Positions 34,490-42,773 of a stretch of DNA of 42,773 nt are shown one piece after another. The stretch covers positions 1-42,773 of IMG/VR virus record IMGVR_UViG_3300042307_000471; one strand, 5' to 3'. The DNA is from a virus (Duplodnaviria; Caudoviricetes). Positions within the stretch are counted from its first letter, which is position 1. The number at the start of each line of letters is the position of its first letter. The notes under the pieces were generated by a model. It was not told where the DNA came from, did no database searches, and saw only the letters and a list, made by a program, of their open reading frames with translations. A program made the translations under genes and the position numbers.

Positions 34490-35257
34490 TTAGTAAGTGT
34501 TTCTCATATTGATTTTTCCAAACTGACCTTGCTGACGGAGGAACTTGTCGTATTCTTGCTCAAGGATTTGGTTGGCTTTGCCTTCGATGACAGTAGCCTC
34601 GTTAATCATTGTTTCAGAAACATACCAGTTAGCCGCAGAACCCCAAGAGAGGAACGAGCCGAATATGTACGGAATCTCGATTTTCTGCCAGAGTGTAGGG
34701 TGTGTGTTAGGGTTTTGCCCAGAAGTCGTGGAGACAGCGAGGCAGGTGTAGAAATTGCCGTTATGAGGTCTTCCAGCGACAGGCGTTCTAGAGCCTGTGC
34801 CAGAGCCAGAATCGAAATAGATTTGGCTACCTTGATAGTACGGAATGTCTAAAGCATAGGTGTCACCCGTGAGGGAAGGACACTTCTTTCTGTATTGATA
34901 CGACCCGCTAGCAACGATGCTAGGCAGGATGACTCTTATCTCAGAGCCTGTATCGTAAATCTGATAGTCGTACTGGGAGACTCTTGATGAGTCCTGCGGG
35001 TTTCTATTCCAGACACCCAGTATCTCAGATGCATCGGACGAAGGGACGAAATAGTTCGTGCCGCTAGCGTCTTGTGTTGTGGTGAAGTCATCGATGCGTG
35101 TGACCTCAATCCAGTTGTTTGACTCCCAAGCCTCACGCAGTCTAGCGTGGGCGAAGTCACGGAATTGGGAGAAGGTTTCTTCCGTGATGTTATGGCGGTC
35201 ATTACCAGAGTATTGAAGTGCATCGAACAGCACTTGGCTGAAATCTATGGTTCTCAT
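34490..35257 (-). CDS. Head-tail adaptor (tail tubular A-like) with an inserted small module
   Basis: W....W N-terminal and IPYIF C-terminal pattern; synteny. Confidence 0.65.
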   Translation of the reverse strand: MRTIDFSQVLFDALQYSGNDRHNITEETFSQFRDFAHARLREAWESNNWIEVTRIDDFTTTQDASGTNYFVPSSDASEILGVWNRNPQDSSRVSQYDYQIYDTGSEIRVILPSIVASGSYQYRKKCPSLTGDTYALDIPYYQGSQIYFDSGSGTGSRTPVAGRPHNGNFYTCLAVSTTSGQNPNTHPTLWQKIEIPYIFGSFLSWGSAANWYVSETMINEATVIEGKANQILEQEYDKFLRQQGQFGKINMRNTY

Positions 35258-35619
35258 TTGGTGATGTAGCCGTCAGCGGTGAATATGGCTCCGTTGACAC
35301 AAGCCTTCTTAGCGTAGTTCTTGACAGCGGTTTCGGGGTTGTCTCTCAAAAACTCTCGCATAAATGTCTTATCCTCCCAGCACTCATAACCAAGGCGTTG
35401 ACCCCAGTAATGCCACGCTTGAACGGGAATTGATGCGATTTTCTGACCGACACCTTCAATGGCTTTGTTTTCATTGAATCGGTCGAAGTGTCCAGCCTGT
35501 TGTGCAACAGCCTTCATCTTGACCTCCTCTTGTCTCCAACCACGGATAAGTTCCTCCTGCACCCGCTTTTGCAAGTGAGGAGGAACCACCTCAGCCAGAC
35601 CTCGTATAAAGTCTGACAT
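35254..35619 (-). CDS. Conserved protein downstream of capsid
   Basis: IASIP...W.D..F...FLRDNPE pattern. Confidence 0.75.
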   Translation of the reverse strand: MSDFIRGLAEVVPPHLQKRVQEELIRGWRQEEVKMKAVAQQAGHFDRFNENKAIEGVGQKIASIPVQAWHYWGQRLGYECWEDKTFMREFLRDNPETAVKNYAKKACVNGAIFTADGYITK

Positions 35620-35626
35620 CCGTTAA

Positions 35627-36655
35627 TTAGGCTGTGAAGTCGAACACGCCAAACGCCAGCGGGTTGTAGACGCAAAGGCCAGCAACCGCTTCAATCATTC
35701 GGGCTTCGCCACCACCAGCGTTAGGCAGAGCAGTCACGCCAGCGACATTGCCGCCATAGCGAACTTCGACCATATCAAACGGGATGACATAACCAGCGAA
35801 GGTCGAGCCAACGCCAGAAGCCACCTTGAGGAAGTGCGAAGGATGCAGACGGAGTTTACCAAAGTCGCCTTCAAACACATCGACAGACGAGATATAGGAC
35901 TGAGCGTCCGACTCTCTGTTGAGGGTGCGGATAGCGGTCATCGGGGCTGTGCCTGTGCCTTGGGTTGTGGTGTAAGCGAGGTTCGTGAACGCTCTCTTGA
36001 GGGCAGAGCCGCAAAGGAGGTCGAAGTCACGATACTGACCAGTCTGTGTGTAGATGCCTGTGAGGACATCCTGCACGACAGTCTCAGTCAGAGCCGCTGT
36101 GCCAACAGTCGAGCGATTGGCGGCAGGGGTGGCGAACTGGGTGTCGTAGGGGAGGACTGTGTCAACTGAGCCAGTAGGCTTCAGCCACTTGTCGAGACCA
36201 CGGGTGAGGTAGGCATTCGTGCCGTTGTCGAGTTGAGCCCCCTGCGTACCGCAGAAGGTGGACTCCATATCACGCTTGAGGGCTTGGATGCCCTTGGCGA
36301 CATTGTTCGCCAGTTCGTCACGCACACCAGCGACTGTGGAGATATCCTGTGTCAGAGGGGAGACACGGACGGCTCTACGGAAGATTTGGATGTAGTTGGA
36401 GAGTTCAGCACGATAGACTGTCGCACCATCCTTGACATAGTTTTCATAGGTGGTGACATCTGTGCCATCGACTGTACCCGTTGTCTTCGGAGTCGGAAGG
36501 CGGTCAGCCTGCCATCTGAAAAGGGTATTGCCAGGTTTGCTACCCTTCTTAGCCATCGATGTGAAAGGAGTATCCTTAGCATCAACGAGAGCGATGAGGT
36601 CAGCGAGTTCTTCTCTCTTACCAGACGAGAAGGAAGGTTCTGTGAGATTAGCCAT
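35627..36655 (-). CDS. Major capsid protein (SU10/DUF5309-like)
   Basis: REELADLI..DTPF.S, W..D.L, N..QIF...V.VS and LKRDME motifs. Confidence 0.9.
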   Translation of the reverse strand: MANLTEPSFSSGKREELADLIALVDAKDTPFTSMAKKGSKPGNTLFRWQADRLPTPKTTGTVDGTDVTTYENYVKDGATVYRAELSNYIQIFRRAVRVSPLTQDISTVAGVRDELANNVAKGIQALKRDMESTFCGTQGAQLDNGTNAYLTRGLDKWLKPTGSVDTVLPYDTQFATPAANRSTVGTAALTETVVQDVLTGIYTQTGQYRDFDLLCGSALKRAFTNLAYTTTQGTGTAPMTAIRTLNRESDAQSYISSVDVFEGDFGKLRLHPSHFLKVASGVGSTFAGYVIPFDMVEVRYGGNVAGVTALPNAGGGEARMIEAVAGLCVYNPLAFGVFDFTA

Positions 36656-36680
36656 AGTAGTATATAGGTTTTAGGGGTGA

Positions 36681-37703
36681 TTACAGGAATCGGTTAGCGA
36701 TAATAGATTGAAGGTCGTCTCTGGAGCCAGTAGCACCGAAACGCTTTTGGGCATCCTTAACCTTGACCTCTGATTGAGGGACATAGGGAGGGGTTGCTGT
36801 ACGCTTCGGTTGAGCAGGTGCTTGTCTTGTAGGTTGTGACGGAGTACGCTTAGTTGCCGCTTCACGGGTCTTAACGCCTCTGATATAGTCACCAAGCACC
36901 ATCTTGTAATCGGGAAATCTGGTAATCTCGGGGAAGTGCTTGAGGAACGAGTCAGCGATTTGACGCTCACTTGAACTCTTGTCTTTCCACCACGGGTATT
37001 CCTTTTGAGCCACTTGGTCAATTTGTGAGAATTGCTCAATGTACTTGGCTCTGGCTGGGAGATGTTCTTCAAGGGCATCAAGGGCTTTAATCTTGATTCT
37101 TCTGACATCTTCAGCGGAATAGTCCGTTTCGTTACCATCTTTGTCCGTTACAGTTGCACCATCGGGGTTCAGTTCGCACCAGCGTCTAATCTGCTTGGCT
37201 TGGTCAGCCTCACGATTCACTTGTTCAAGTGTATTCAGATTGGTGTACGGGTTGTCGGATTTAGGAGTCTGGGCTGGCTTGTTAGCCTCTTGCGACAGTC
37301 TCTCCACTTCTTCCTTCAATCTTTCCACTTCTGCTTCCGCTTCTCTCCGTTTGGCAGAGAGTTTGTCAATGCGTTTCTTGACACCCTTTGGCAGTCCACG
37401 CTCAAGTTCATCATCTTCAGACTTGGTTTCTTCGGTTTCCTCGGAGTCTTCTGACTGTTCTTGGTCGCTTTCTGTATTGGTTTCCTGTGAAAGAACTTCA
37501 CTATCTTCTTCGGAGGTCGCTTGACCCTCCGTATCGGTCTGTTTCTGGGAGTCCGACTCCTCCGCTACTTCCTTGCCGCCTAGGAAGGACTCGCCAATGA
37601 TATCGGCAAGTTTTGACTGGTCAAAGGCTGGGGCATTGCCTTCGTTGTTTTGCGTGGGGTTGTTTGATTCCGTCCCAAGGTCGGATTGATTTTCTGTATT
37701 CAT
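36681..37703 (-). CDS. Capsid scaffolding protein
   Basis: Acidic N-terminus, GVKKRIDKL..KRREAE coiled coil; directly before the capsid gene. Confidence 0.85.
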   Translation of the reverse strand: MNTENQSDLGTESNNPTQNNEGNAPAFDQSKLADIIGESFLGGKEVAEESDSQKQTDTEGQATSEEDSEVLSQETNTESDQEQSEDSEETEETKSEDDELERGLPKGVKKRIDKLSAKRREAEAEVERLKEEVERLSQEANKPAQTPKSDNPYTNLNTLEQVNREADQAKQIRRWCELNPDGATVTDKDGNETDYSAEDVRRIKIKALDALEEHLPARAKYIEQFSQIDQVAQKEYPWWKDKSSSERQIADSFLKHFPEITRFPDYKMVLGDYIRGVKTREAATKRTPSQPTRQAPAQPKRTATPPYVPQSEVKVKDAQKRFGATGSRDDLQSIIANRFL

Positions 37704-37833
37704 TAGAGAAAGGTCTAAAGTCCTATTTTTTGTATAGCAGGGTTTTATAGTCCCAGAACTAGGGGTAAATTCTTTACAATTTTAACCTAAGCAAGTGTAA
37801 ACTGTGTTTTGTACCATTATCGCACGAAACATC

Positions 37834-38073
37834 TCACTCGGTTCTACCGATATCTTTAAGAACTGTGTCTCTTGTGGTCAGTAAGACCGCCTTGAAGGAA
37901 TTAAGGGCTTCGGCTCTACCGCAATGGTAAGCCCTGTCTTCACCCTTGTTTTCCTTAGCCAGAGCGTATGCCGTCTCTGATTCGATGGACGCATCGAGCA
38001 ACATCATTGTCGCCTTCCAGAGAGGGCTGTCCTTATCGAATGCGAAGCCGTGAATAATTTCCTGTGGTAGCAT
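37834..38073 (-). CDS. Small protein following portal
   Basis: R.Y..GR..AL pattern typical of this podoviral position. Confidence 0.7.
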   Translation of the reverse strand: MLPQEIIHGFAFDKDSPLWKATMMLLDASIESETAYALAKENKGEDRAYHCGRAEALNSFKAVLLTTRDTVLKDIGRTE

Positions 38074-38076
38074 AGA

Positions 38077-40290
38077 TTACATTCCCATCTGGGATTCCTG
38101 TTGCTTCTGCATCTGCTCCGCTTGCTGGAGTTGACCTGTCATAGCGTCAGCGGCTTGTTGACCGACTGGCGTAACGCCTGTGCGACCAATCTGCTTGTTC
38201 TGCTGTTGGCTGATAGACATCTGGAGGTTCTTGATGTAGTTCTCAAGCAACGCACGGAAGTGCTGGTCTTGTTGCATCTGCTGTTGAGCCTTCGGATTCT
38301 TGCCAACGATGTCTTGGATGTACTGCAACTTTGTCTGGGCTGTCGGGTCGTTCTCGACATAGTTCGCTTCATTGCCCAACATCATCAGACCGATGTCAGA
38401 CTGGATGTCCTTATACATCAACTGAGAGGCACTAGACTGCTCAACGATGAGGTCTTTAGCCTTGTCTGGGTCGATAGCCTCGATAGCCGCACGAACCAAC
38501 TTGGTCTTGTCGATGACACCAGAGGAGTCCAACGGCATCACGAACTGCATAATCGCTTGTAACTTCTGCATCACGAAGTCGGTGTCGATTTCTCTGACAT
38601 CGTACTTAATCTGGAAGTCGTACTGGTTGCTGATGGACGACATATTCTGAGCCATCTGAGCGTTGGTGATTGATTCGACTTCAGCGGGGTCGAGGTACTG
38701 CAAGCACAGGCTGAACAGCATATTGAAGGTCTCGCTCCAGACATCCAACCAGTTGTTCACAACGAACTGCTGGGTCATCTGTGTACGCTGAGGCTGGATA
38801 TTCGGGTGATAGATACCGAAGTAGGCGGCGTGGTTCTGTTCAACGATGTTGATGAGATTGAAAGCCGTCTGAGTCTCCGACTGCGGAGGAGTCATAAACT
38901 TGTAGTCATCTGGAGTCGTGACAGGCAGGTGTAGCCCCGGAGCAATCTTATTGATACCACCCAGTCGCTTCTTGACGAGGATAGGAGGCATCGTGGTGAA
39001 AGCCGTGCGGTCACGGATAGAGTCGTGCTGTGCTTTGATTTCAAACTGGTCGGTCATAGCGACCTCGGGAACGCCACGGGACTCTTGGATAGGTCTGCGG
39101 AGACGCTCTCTGCGGTAGATGACAAACGGATACTTGTTATGGGCATCACCAAGGAGTTCGTGGCTGGCGTAGATATCGCTACCAGCACGGGGGCAGAAGA
39201 TAGTGCAGTAGATGCCCTGTGTGCCGTCTTCGTTGATAAGGCGACTGTAGGCATAGACGACCTCAATCAAGTGCATATTGCGGTTAATCTGGTAGTTAAT
39301 CAGCGTAGCCGCAGGAAGGATGTTCGGGTCGTGGAAGTTAGTACGCAGACCAGCAACGCTGACCGCTTGGTTAACGAAGTCCTCGCCCCAGCCGTATTGA
39401 GCCGCCTGTGAGCGAATCTCCATCTCGGTCATAAACACTCTGCGGAAGATGACTCTGGCGTTCTGGATATCGATGGTCTCTGGCGGGAACGAAATCTCGT
39501 CAAAGGGCTTAAGAGCCGTGACGGACGGGAGGTTCTTGGAGGTATAAGCCTGTGGGAACTCAGCCTTGCCTGTTTCACGGAGTTGACGGACAGCCTTCTT
39601 GATGTCCTTCGGGTTAACATCCGTGATGTACTGCGAGATGAGGTCGATGGCGTATTCCTCCTGCTCCTCCTGCATAATAGCGTTAGCGAGGTCAGCCAGC
39701 GATGAGCCAGTCTGCTGGGCTTGCTGAGAGATTTGCTGAATCTCCTCCATTCGGATGACTTGATTACGGAAAGCAGTCTCCTGCTCCCAGAGGATGTGCA
39801 GGGCAGACCAGCCGTACTGCTGGGTGTACTGGGCGAGCAGTTCCGCTTCAGAACGGAGTTCCTGCCGCATCTTAGACTGGGTGAGCCAATCCATAAGGAC
39901 ATTAGCGGAGCCAGCGAAGTCGTAGTCGTTGTATTCAGTACCCTTGACCTTTACCTTACAGCGGTCAAAGGTGGTCATCAGCATCGCAACGATGTCATTG
40001 ATTGTGCGGTCAACCAGACGGCAACGGACATCAGAAGCACCCTCAAACGGGAAAGCGGCATCGCCCTCCATACGGGATGTAGAGTGCTTTTTGCCATCAG
40101 AGGTCTGACCAGCCCAGCGGGAGAGACGGATGTCGTCATTCTCCATAATATTGGCGACATTACCGCCATTCTGCGTGGAACGATTGTATTCCTGCCAAAG
40201 ATACGGGATATCTGGCTTGCTCGTAGCGTAGACCAGTTTATCTTGATTCGGATTGTATTTGGTCGAAATATTGTTCTTAGTTATGCTCAT
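38077..40290 (-). CDS. Portal protein (P22-like)
   Basis: W.GQ..DG.K, PFEGASD, SRGVPE, DRT....PP and a Q-rich C-terminus. Confidence 0.9.
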   Translation of the reverse strand: MSITKNNISTKYNPNQDKLVYATSKPDIPYLWQEYNRSTQNGGNVANIMENDDIRLSRWAGQTSDGKKHSTSRMEGDAAFPFEGASDVRCRLVDRTINDIVAMLMTTFDRCKVKVKGTEYNDYDFAGSANVLMDWLTQSKMRQELRSEAELLAQYTQQYGWSALHILWEQETAFRNQVIRMEEIQQISQQAQQTGSSLADLANAIMQEEQEEYAIDLISQYITDVNPKDIKKAVRQLRETGKAEFPQAYTSKNLPSVTALKPFDEISFPPETIDIQNARVIFRRVFMTEMEIRSQAAQYGWGEDFVNQAVSVAGLRTNFHDPNILPAATLINYQINRNMHLIEVVYAYSRLINEDGTQGIYCTIFCPRAGSDIYASHELLGDAHNKYPFVIYRRERLRRPIQESRGVPEVAMTDQFEIKAQHDSIRDRTAFTTMPPILVKKRLGGINKIAPGLHLPVTTPDDYKFMTPPQSETQTAFNLINIVEQNHAAYFGIYHPNIQPQRTQMTQQFVVNNWLDVWSETFNMLFSLCLQYLDPAEVESITNAQMAQNMSSISNQYDFQIKYDVREIDTDFVMQKLQAIMQFVMPLDSSGVIDKTKLVRAAIEAIDPDKAKDLIVEQSSASQLMYKDIQSDIGLMMLGNEANYVENDPTAQTKLQYIQDIVGKNPKAQQQMQQDQHFRALLENYIKNLQMSISQQQNKQIGRTGVTPVGQQAADAMTGQLQQAEQMQKQQESQMGM

Positions 40291-40459
40291 CTTTTATAAA
40301 ATTGATTAAATCGTCTCGGAAATATCGTTTGTGACCCCCTTTTGTGGTATAGGTTCTGACAATTCCGTTGATAGCAAGGGCTTCTAACCTGCGTCTTGTC
40401 AAGCCCATAAGTAACATTGCCTTCGCTCGGGTCAAGAGGAATGGATAGTATATTTCCAT
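40277..40459 (-). CDS. MerR/excisionase-type HTH protein (60 aa)
   Basis: LLT...A..LMG......L..L...G.V....TKGGHKRYFRDDL; TAATG-coupled to TerL. Confidence 0.78.
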   Translation of the reverse strand: MEIYYPFLLTRAKAMLLMGLTRRRLEALAINGIVRTYTTKGGHKRYFRDDLINFIKDEHN

Positions 40460-42066
40460 TAGTAACTTCCCCCACCCGTGCCTTTCAGCGATTCTGAACT
40501 CAGAAACTCTGGATTCATCGTGATTAGATAGCGTAGGCAGTCGATTGGGTCTTTGGTTGCTCCCTTTTCCCCATCCAGCCCAGTCCATTCCTTTAGGCAG
40601 TATATAAGATTTTGACATTCTTCTGAAATATAGAGTTTAGGTTTGTTCAAAGGTGAAAGTTCTTGACTATAGTCGTAGGCAAAGCCGTCATTAATCATTG
40701 ATACGCCCTGCTCGATACGGATGCCAGCGGCTGGCTGGAAGTTCATAGGGCTCTCCCCGTCATCAAGCATATCGATAAGAGTAACGCCCCCGTCTTCGGT
40801 CACAGCCTTGGAACCGCCAGCCCTAGGGTCGATATAGCGTTCAGAAATGACCTCTTCGCCCTCTAGGTTCTTAATCAGATTCTTATATTCCGCAAGAGAG
40901 CGTCCAGCCCCGTTACGCTGGGCAGTCCCCATCTTTCCATCGGGGTCAGCAGAAGGTAATGCCCATTCTCCTTCAGACGAATCTGGAAATTCTCGATATA
41001 CATAGAGACAGCCATCCGCAGATGCTCGTAGCCATAGCATAAACCAGTTTCTAGCCCCAGCAGGGTCAACAACCATATAATTAGTTCCGTCTCTCGGTAC
41101 ATCATCTGGTTTGACGATGTTGACTTCGGGGTTGAATCTGGGGAATTGGTTTCCGCTGATATTGTCTGCCCATCCATAGGCTCTGATTTTGACTTCATAA
41201 GGTTTCTTGCCCAAGAGGGTCTTCTTTAACTGTTCAAACGGGTTGTACGGGTTGAGTTGGCTGTGGAACCACATAACGCCAGCGGGACGCACATAAGACT
41301 TCGCCTTATACGGCATTGTACCCTTCGGACACCCCATTACATTGATGTTATCTGGCAGAAGCGGAGACGGCTTGTGTTCGATTATCTTAGCACCGCTGAT
41401 GTACTCCTTGACCACGGAACTGTAGCCAGTAATTGGGGTAAATGTGACGATTAATTTACCGCTACGGGTCACGATACGATATCTGAGCGTCTCAATCCAA
41501 TCTAACGGCACAAGTTCATCGCACCAGATGAGGTCTACCTCGCCACCTTCGATGACATCACGCTTCTGGGCGTAATTCATAAAGATACATTGGCTTTTGT
41601 TCGGCAGAATGAATGTATTGTCAGAAAACCCGTTCTTCTGGGTGTACGATACATTCTGAATCTTGTTTTTCCTCAGTTCCTTGAACTCAGACGGCAGATA
41701 TTTGTGGATAATCGGCTGTTGCATCTGAATGCTCGACTGATTTGTCGTGTGCAAGCACCAGACACGGGCGTTCTCCATATTGCAGAGCGTTTGAACTACC
41801 CGTTTTGCCGCCCATTCGGTCTTAGAGGCTCGATTGCCACCAAGAACCAGTATCTCGTTGTTTGCCTTCAATATCTCATCCGCATCAGACCAATGCGGTA
41901 GGTCAAAGCCGTGCCTGTATGGGTCTGTTTTCTCCGCTTGTATCTTATCTTCTCTGAGATTCAAGATTTCCAGCGTCCGTTCCTCTCCGACCTTCTCAAC
42001 CAACCGCTTGATATCGTCCGTAGTGGGCGTTATCAGAATCGGATGAGGTGTCGGGGAGAAAGCCAT
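40459..42066 (-). CDS. terL: Terminase large subunit
   Basis: GGNRASKT, Walker B IWCDE, TFTP, and nuclease motifs VVDP and KDPIDCLRY. Confidence 0.93.
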   Translation of the reverse strand: MAFSPTPHPILITPTTDDIKRLVEKVGEERTLEILNLREDKIQAEKTDPYRHGFDLPHWSDADEILKANNEILVLGGNRASKTEWAAKRVVQTLCNMENARVWCLHTTNQSSIQMQQPIIHKYLPSEFKELRKNKIQNVSYTQKNGFSDNTFILPNKSQCIFMNYAQKRDVIEGGEVDLIWCDELVPLDWIETLRYRIVTRSGKLIVTFTPITGYSSVVKEYISGAKIIEHKPSPLLPDNINVMGCPKGTMPYKAKSYVRPAGVMWFHSQLNPYNPFEQLKKTLLGKKPYEVKIRAYGWADNISGNQFPRFNPEVNIVKPDDVPRDGTNYMVVDPAGARNWFMLWLRASADGCLYVYREFPDSSEGEWALPSADPDGKMGTAQRNGAGRSLAEYKNLIKNLEGEEVISERYIDPRAGGSKAVTEDGGVTLIDMLDDGESPMNFQPAAGIRIEQGVSMINDGFAYDYSQELSPLNKPKLYISEECQNLIYCLKEWTGLDGEKGATKDPIDCLRYLITMNPEFLSSESLKGTGGGSY

Positions 42067-42117
42067 ATCAAATCGTTAAAAGGAATCTCCTCTTCAGCAT
42101 CGTCTTGGTCATCTGGG

Positions 42118-42516
42118 TCAGTACTTGCCGTTAAACCTAGGGTGACGGACAACGCACCAGCGTGAGCCATCCCAGCGGACATCAACGGGCATCCCGATTC
42201 CGAACTTGGTTGACTCCTTACACAGCACATTGAACTGCTTGCCATCGATGAGAACACCAATAACCTTTGGGTTCTTGAACTTAGCATAGACTGTGCCACG
42301 CTTTTTTTCTGGAGGGTTAATCTTCTCTGGCTCCTTGAAGCCGATGTTTTCCTTGACCTTGGCAACGCCAGCGTCAGTCCATTCGACCTCCCAGAGATGC
42401 TGAGGCTTGCGAGACTCGACCTTATACCAGTCTGTGCCTTCTTCATAGGAATCACGGAATTCCTTCAAGATGTCCCTGCTGAGACCTAAAGCAATAGAAA
42501 GTTGTTTTTCTCTCAT
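42118..42516 (-). CDS. Hypothetical protein, N-terminal HTH-like (alternative TerS candidate)
   Basis: Start MREKQLS just after a TTGACA promoter (42551-42546); immediately upstream of TerL. Confidence 0.7.
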   Translation of the reverse strand: MREKQLSIALGLSRDILKEFRDSYEEGTDWYKVESRKPQHLWEVEWTDAGVAKVKENIGFKEPEKINPPEKKRGTVYAKFKNPKVIGVLIDGKQFNVLCKESTKFGIGMPVDVRWDGSRWCVVRHPRFNGKY

Positions 42517-42588
42517 ACCGACACATTCGCAGTAATGTGGCGATTTTGTCAACCTAAATCGTCACATCCGATGCAATTTTTTTGCAGG

Positions 42589-42661
42589 TAGGGGTGGAGA
42601 GAATCGAACTCTCGACTTAGCCCTTATAAAGAGCCCACTCTAACCGCTGAGTTACACCCCC
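42589..42661 (-). tRNA. tRNA-Ile(UAU)
   Basis: GGGGGTG/CACCCCT-A; anticodon arm GGCTC-TTTATAA-GGGCT; T-loop TTCGATT. Confidence 0.92.
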
Positions 42662-42773
42662 TTGCAAGATACGGAAGGCGGGACTTGAACCCGCAAGCCG
42701 AAGGCAACTGATTTTAAGTCAGTCGTGTATACCATTTCACCACTTCCGTGAAGACTGGGACTGGCGGGACTTG

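Noticed and set aside
40277-40459. Excisionase implying a temperate lifestyle
   Set aside because: No integrase or repressor was recognised. The HTH is coupled between terL and portal, so it is more likely regulatory or packaging-related.

Overview
This window is a complete, circularly assembled 42,646-bp podovirus-like dsDNA phage genome. Bases 1-127 are identical to 42647-42773, which looks like an assembler k=127 overlap. The late arm on the minus strand runs tRNA array, TerL, portal, scaffold, major capsid, adaptor, tail/fibres, ejection proteins, a 3230-aa polyvalent protein, holin and a spanin-like lipoprotein. The early/middle arm on the plus strand carries endonuclease VII, a RecE-like exonuclease, an initiator with iterons, a DnaC-like loader, ERF, an SLT-like muramidase and a metallophosphoesterase. 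A short leftward early operon starts with DUF932. I saw no integrase or DNA polymerase. The most unusual features are: (1) eight canonical tRNAs, all with U34 anticodons including rare Ile-UAU, interleaved with two aberrant tRNA-like RNAs; (2) an early locus encoding a 30%-acidic protein, a histone-fold protein and a cluster of stem-closed ncRNAs, two of them ending in U-CCA; (3) a type II hammerhead ribozyme in an early 5' leader; (4) a control region with several sigma54 -24/-12 boxes around an IHF-like site, plus rrn-type boxA elements; (5) a virion protein made of effector cassettes (ART, GNAT, zincin) joined by a repeated QP(T/S)E linker. All protein and RNA calls come from motif reading by eye; no searches were run.
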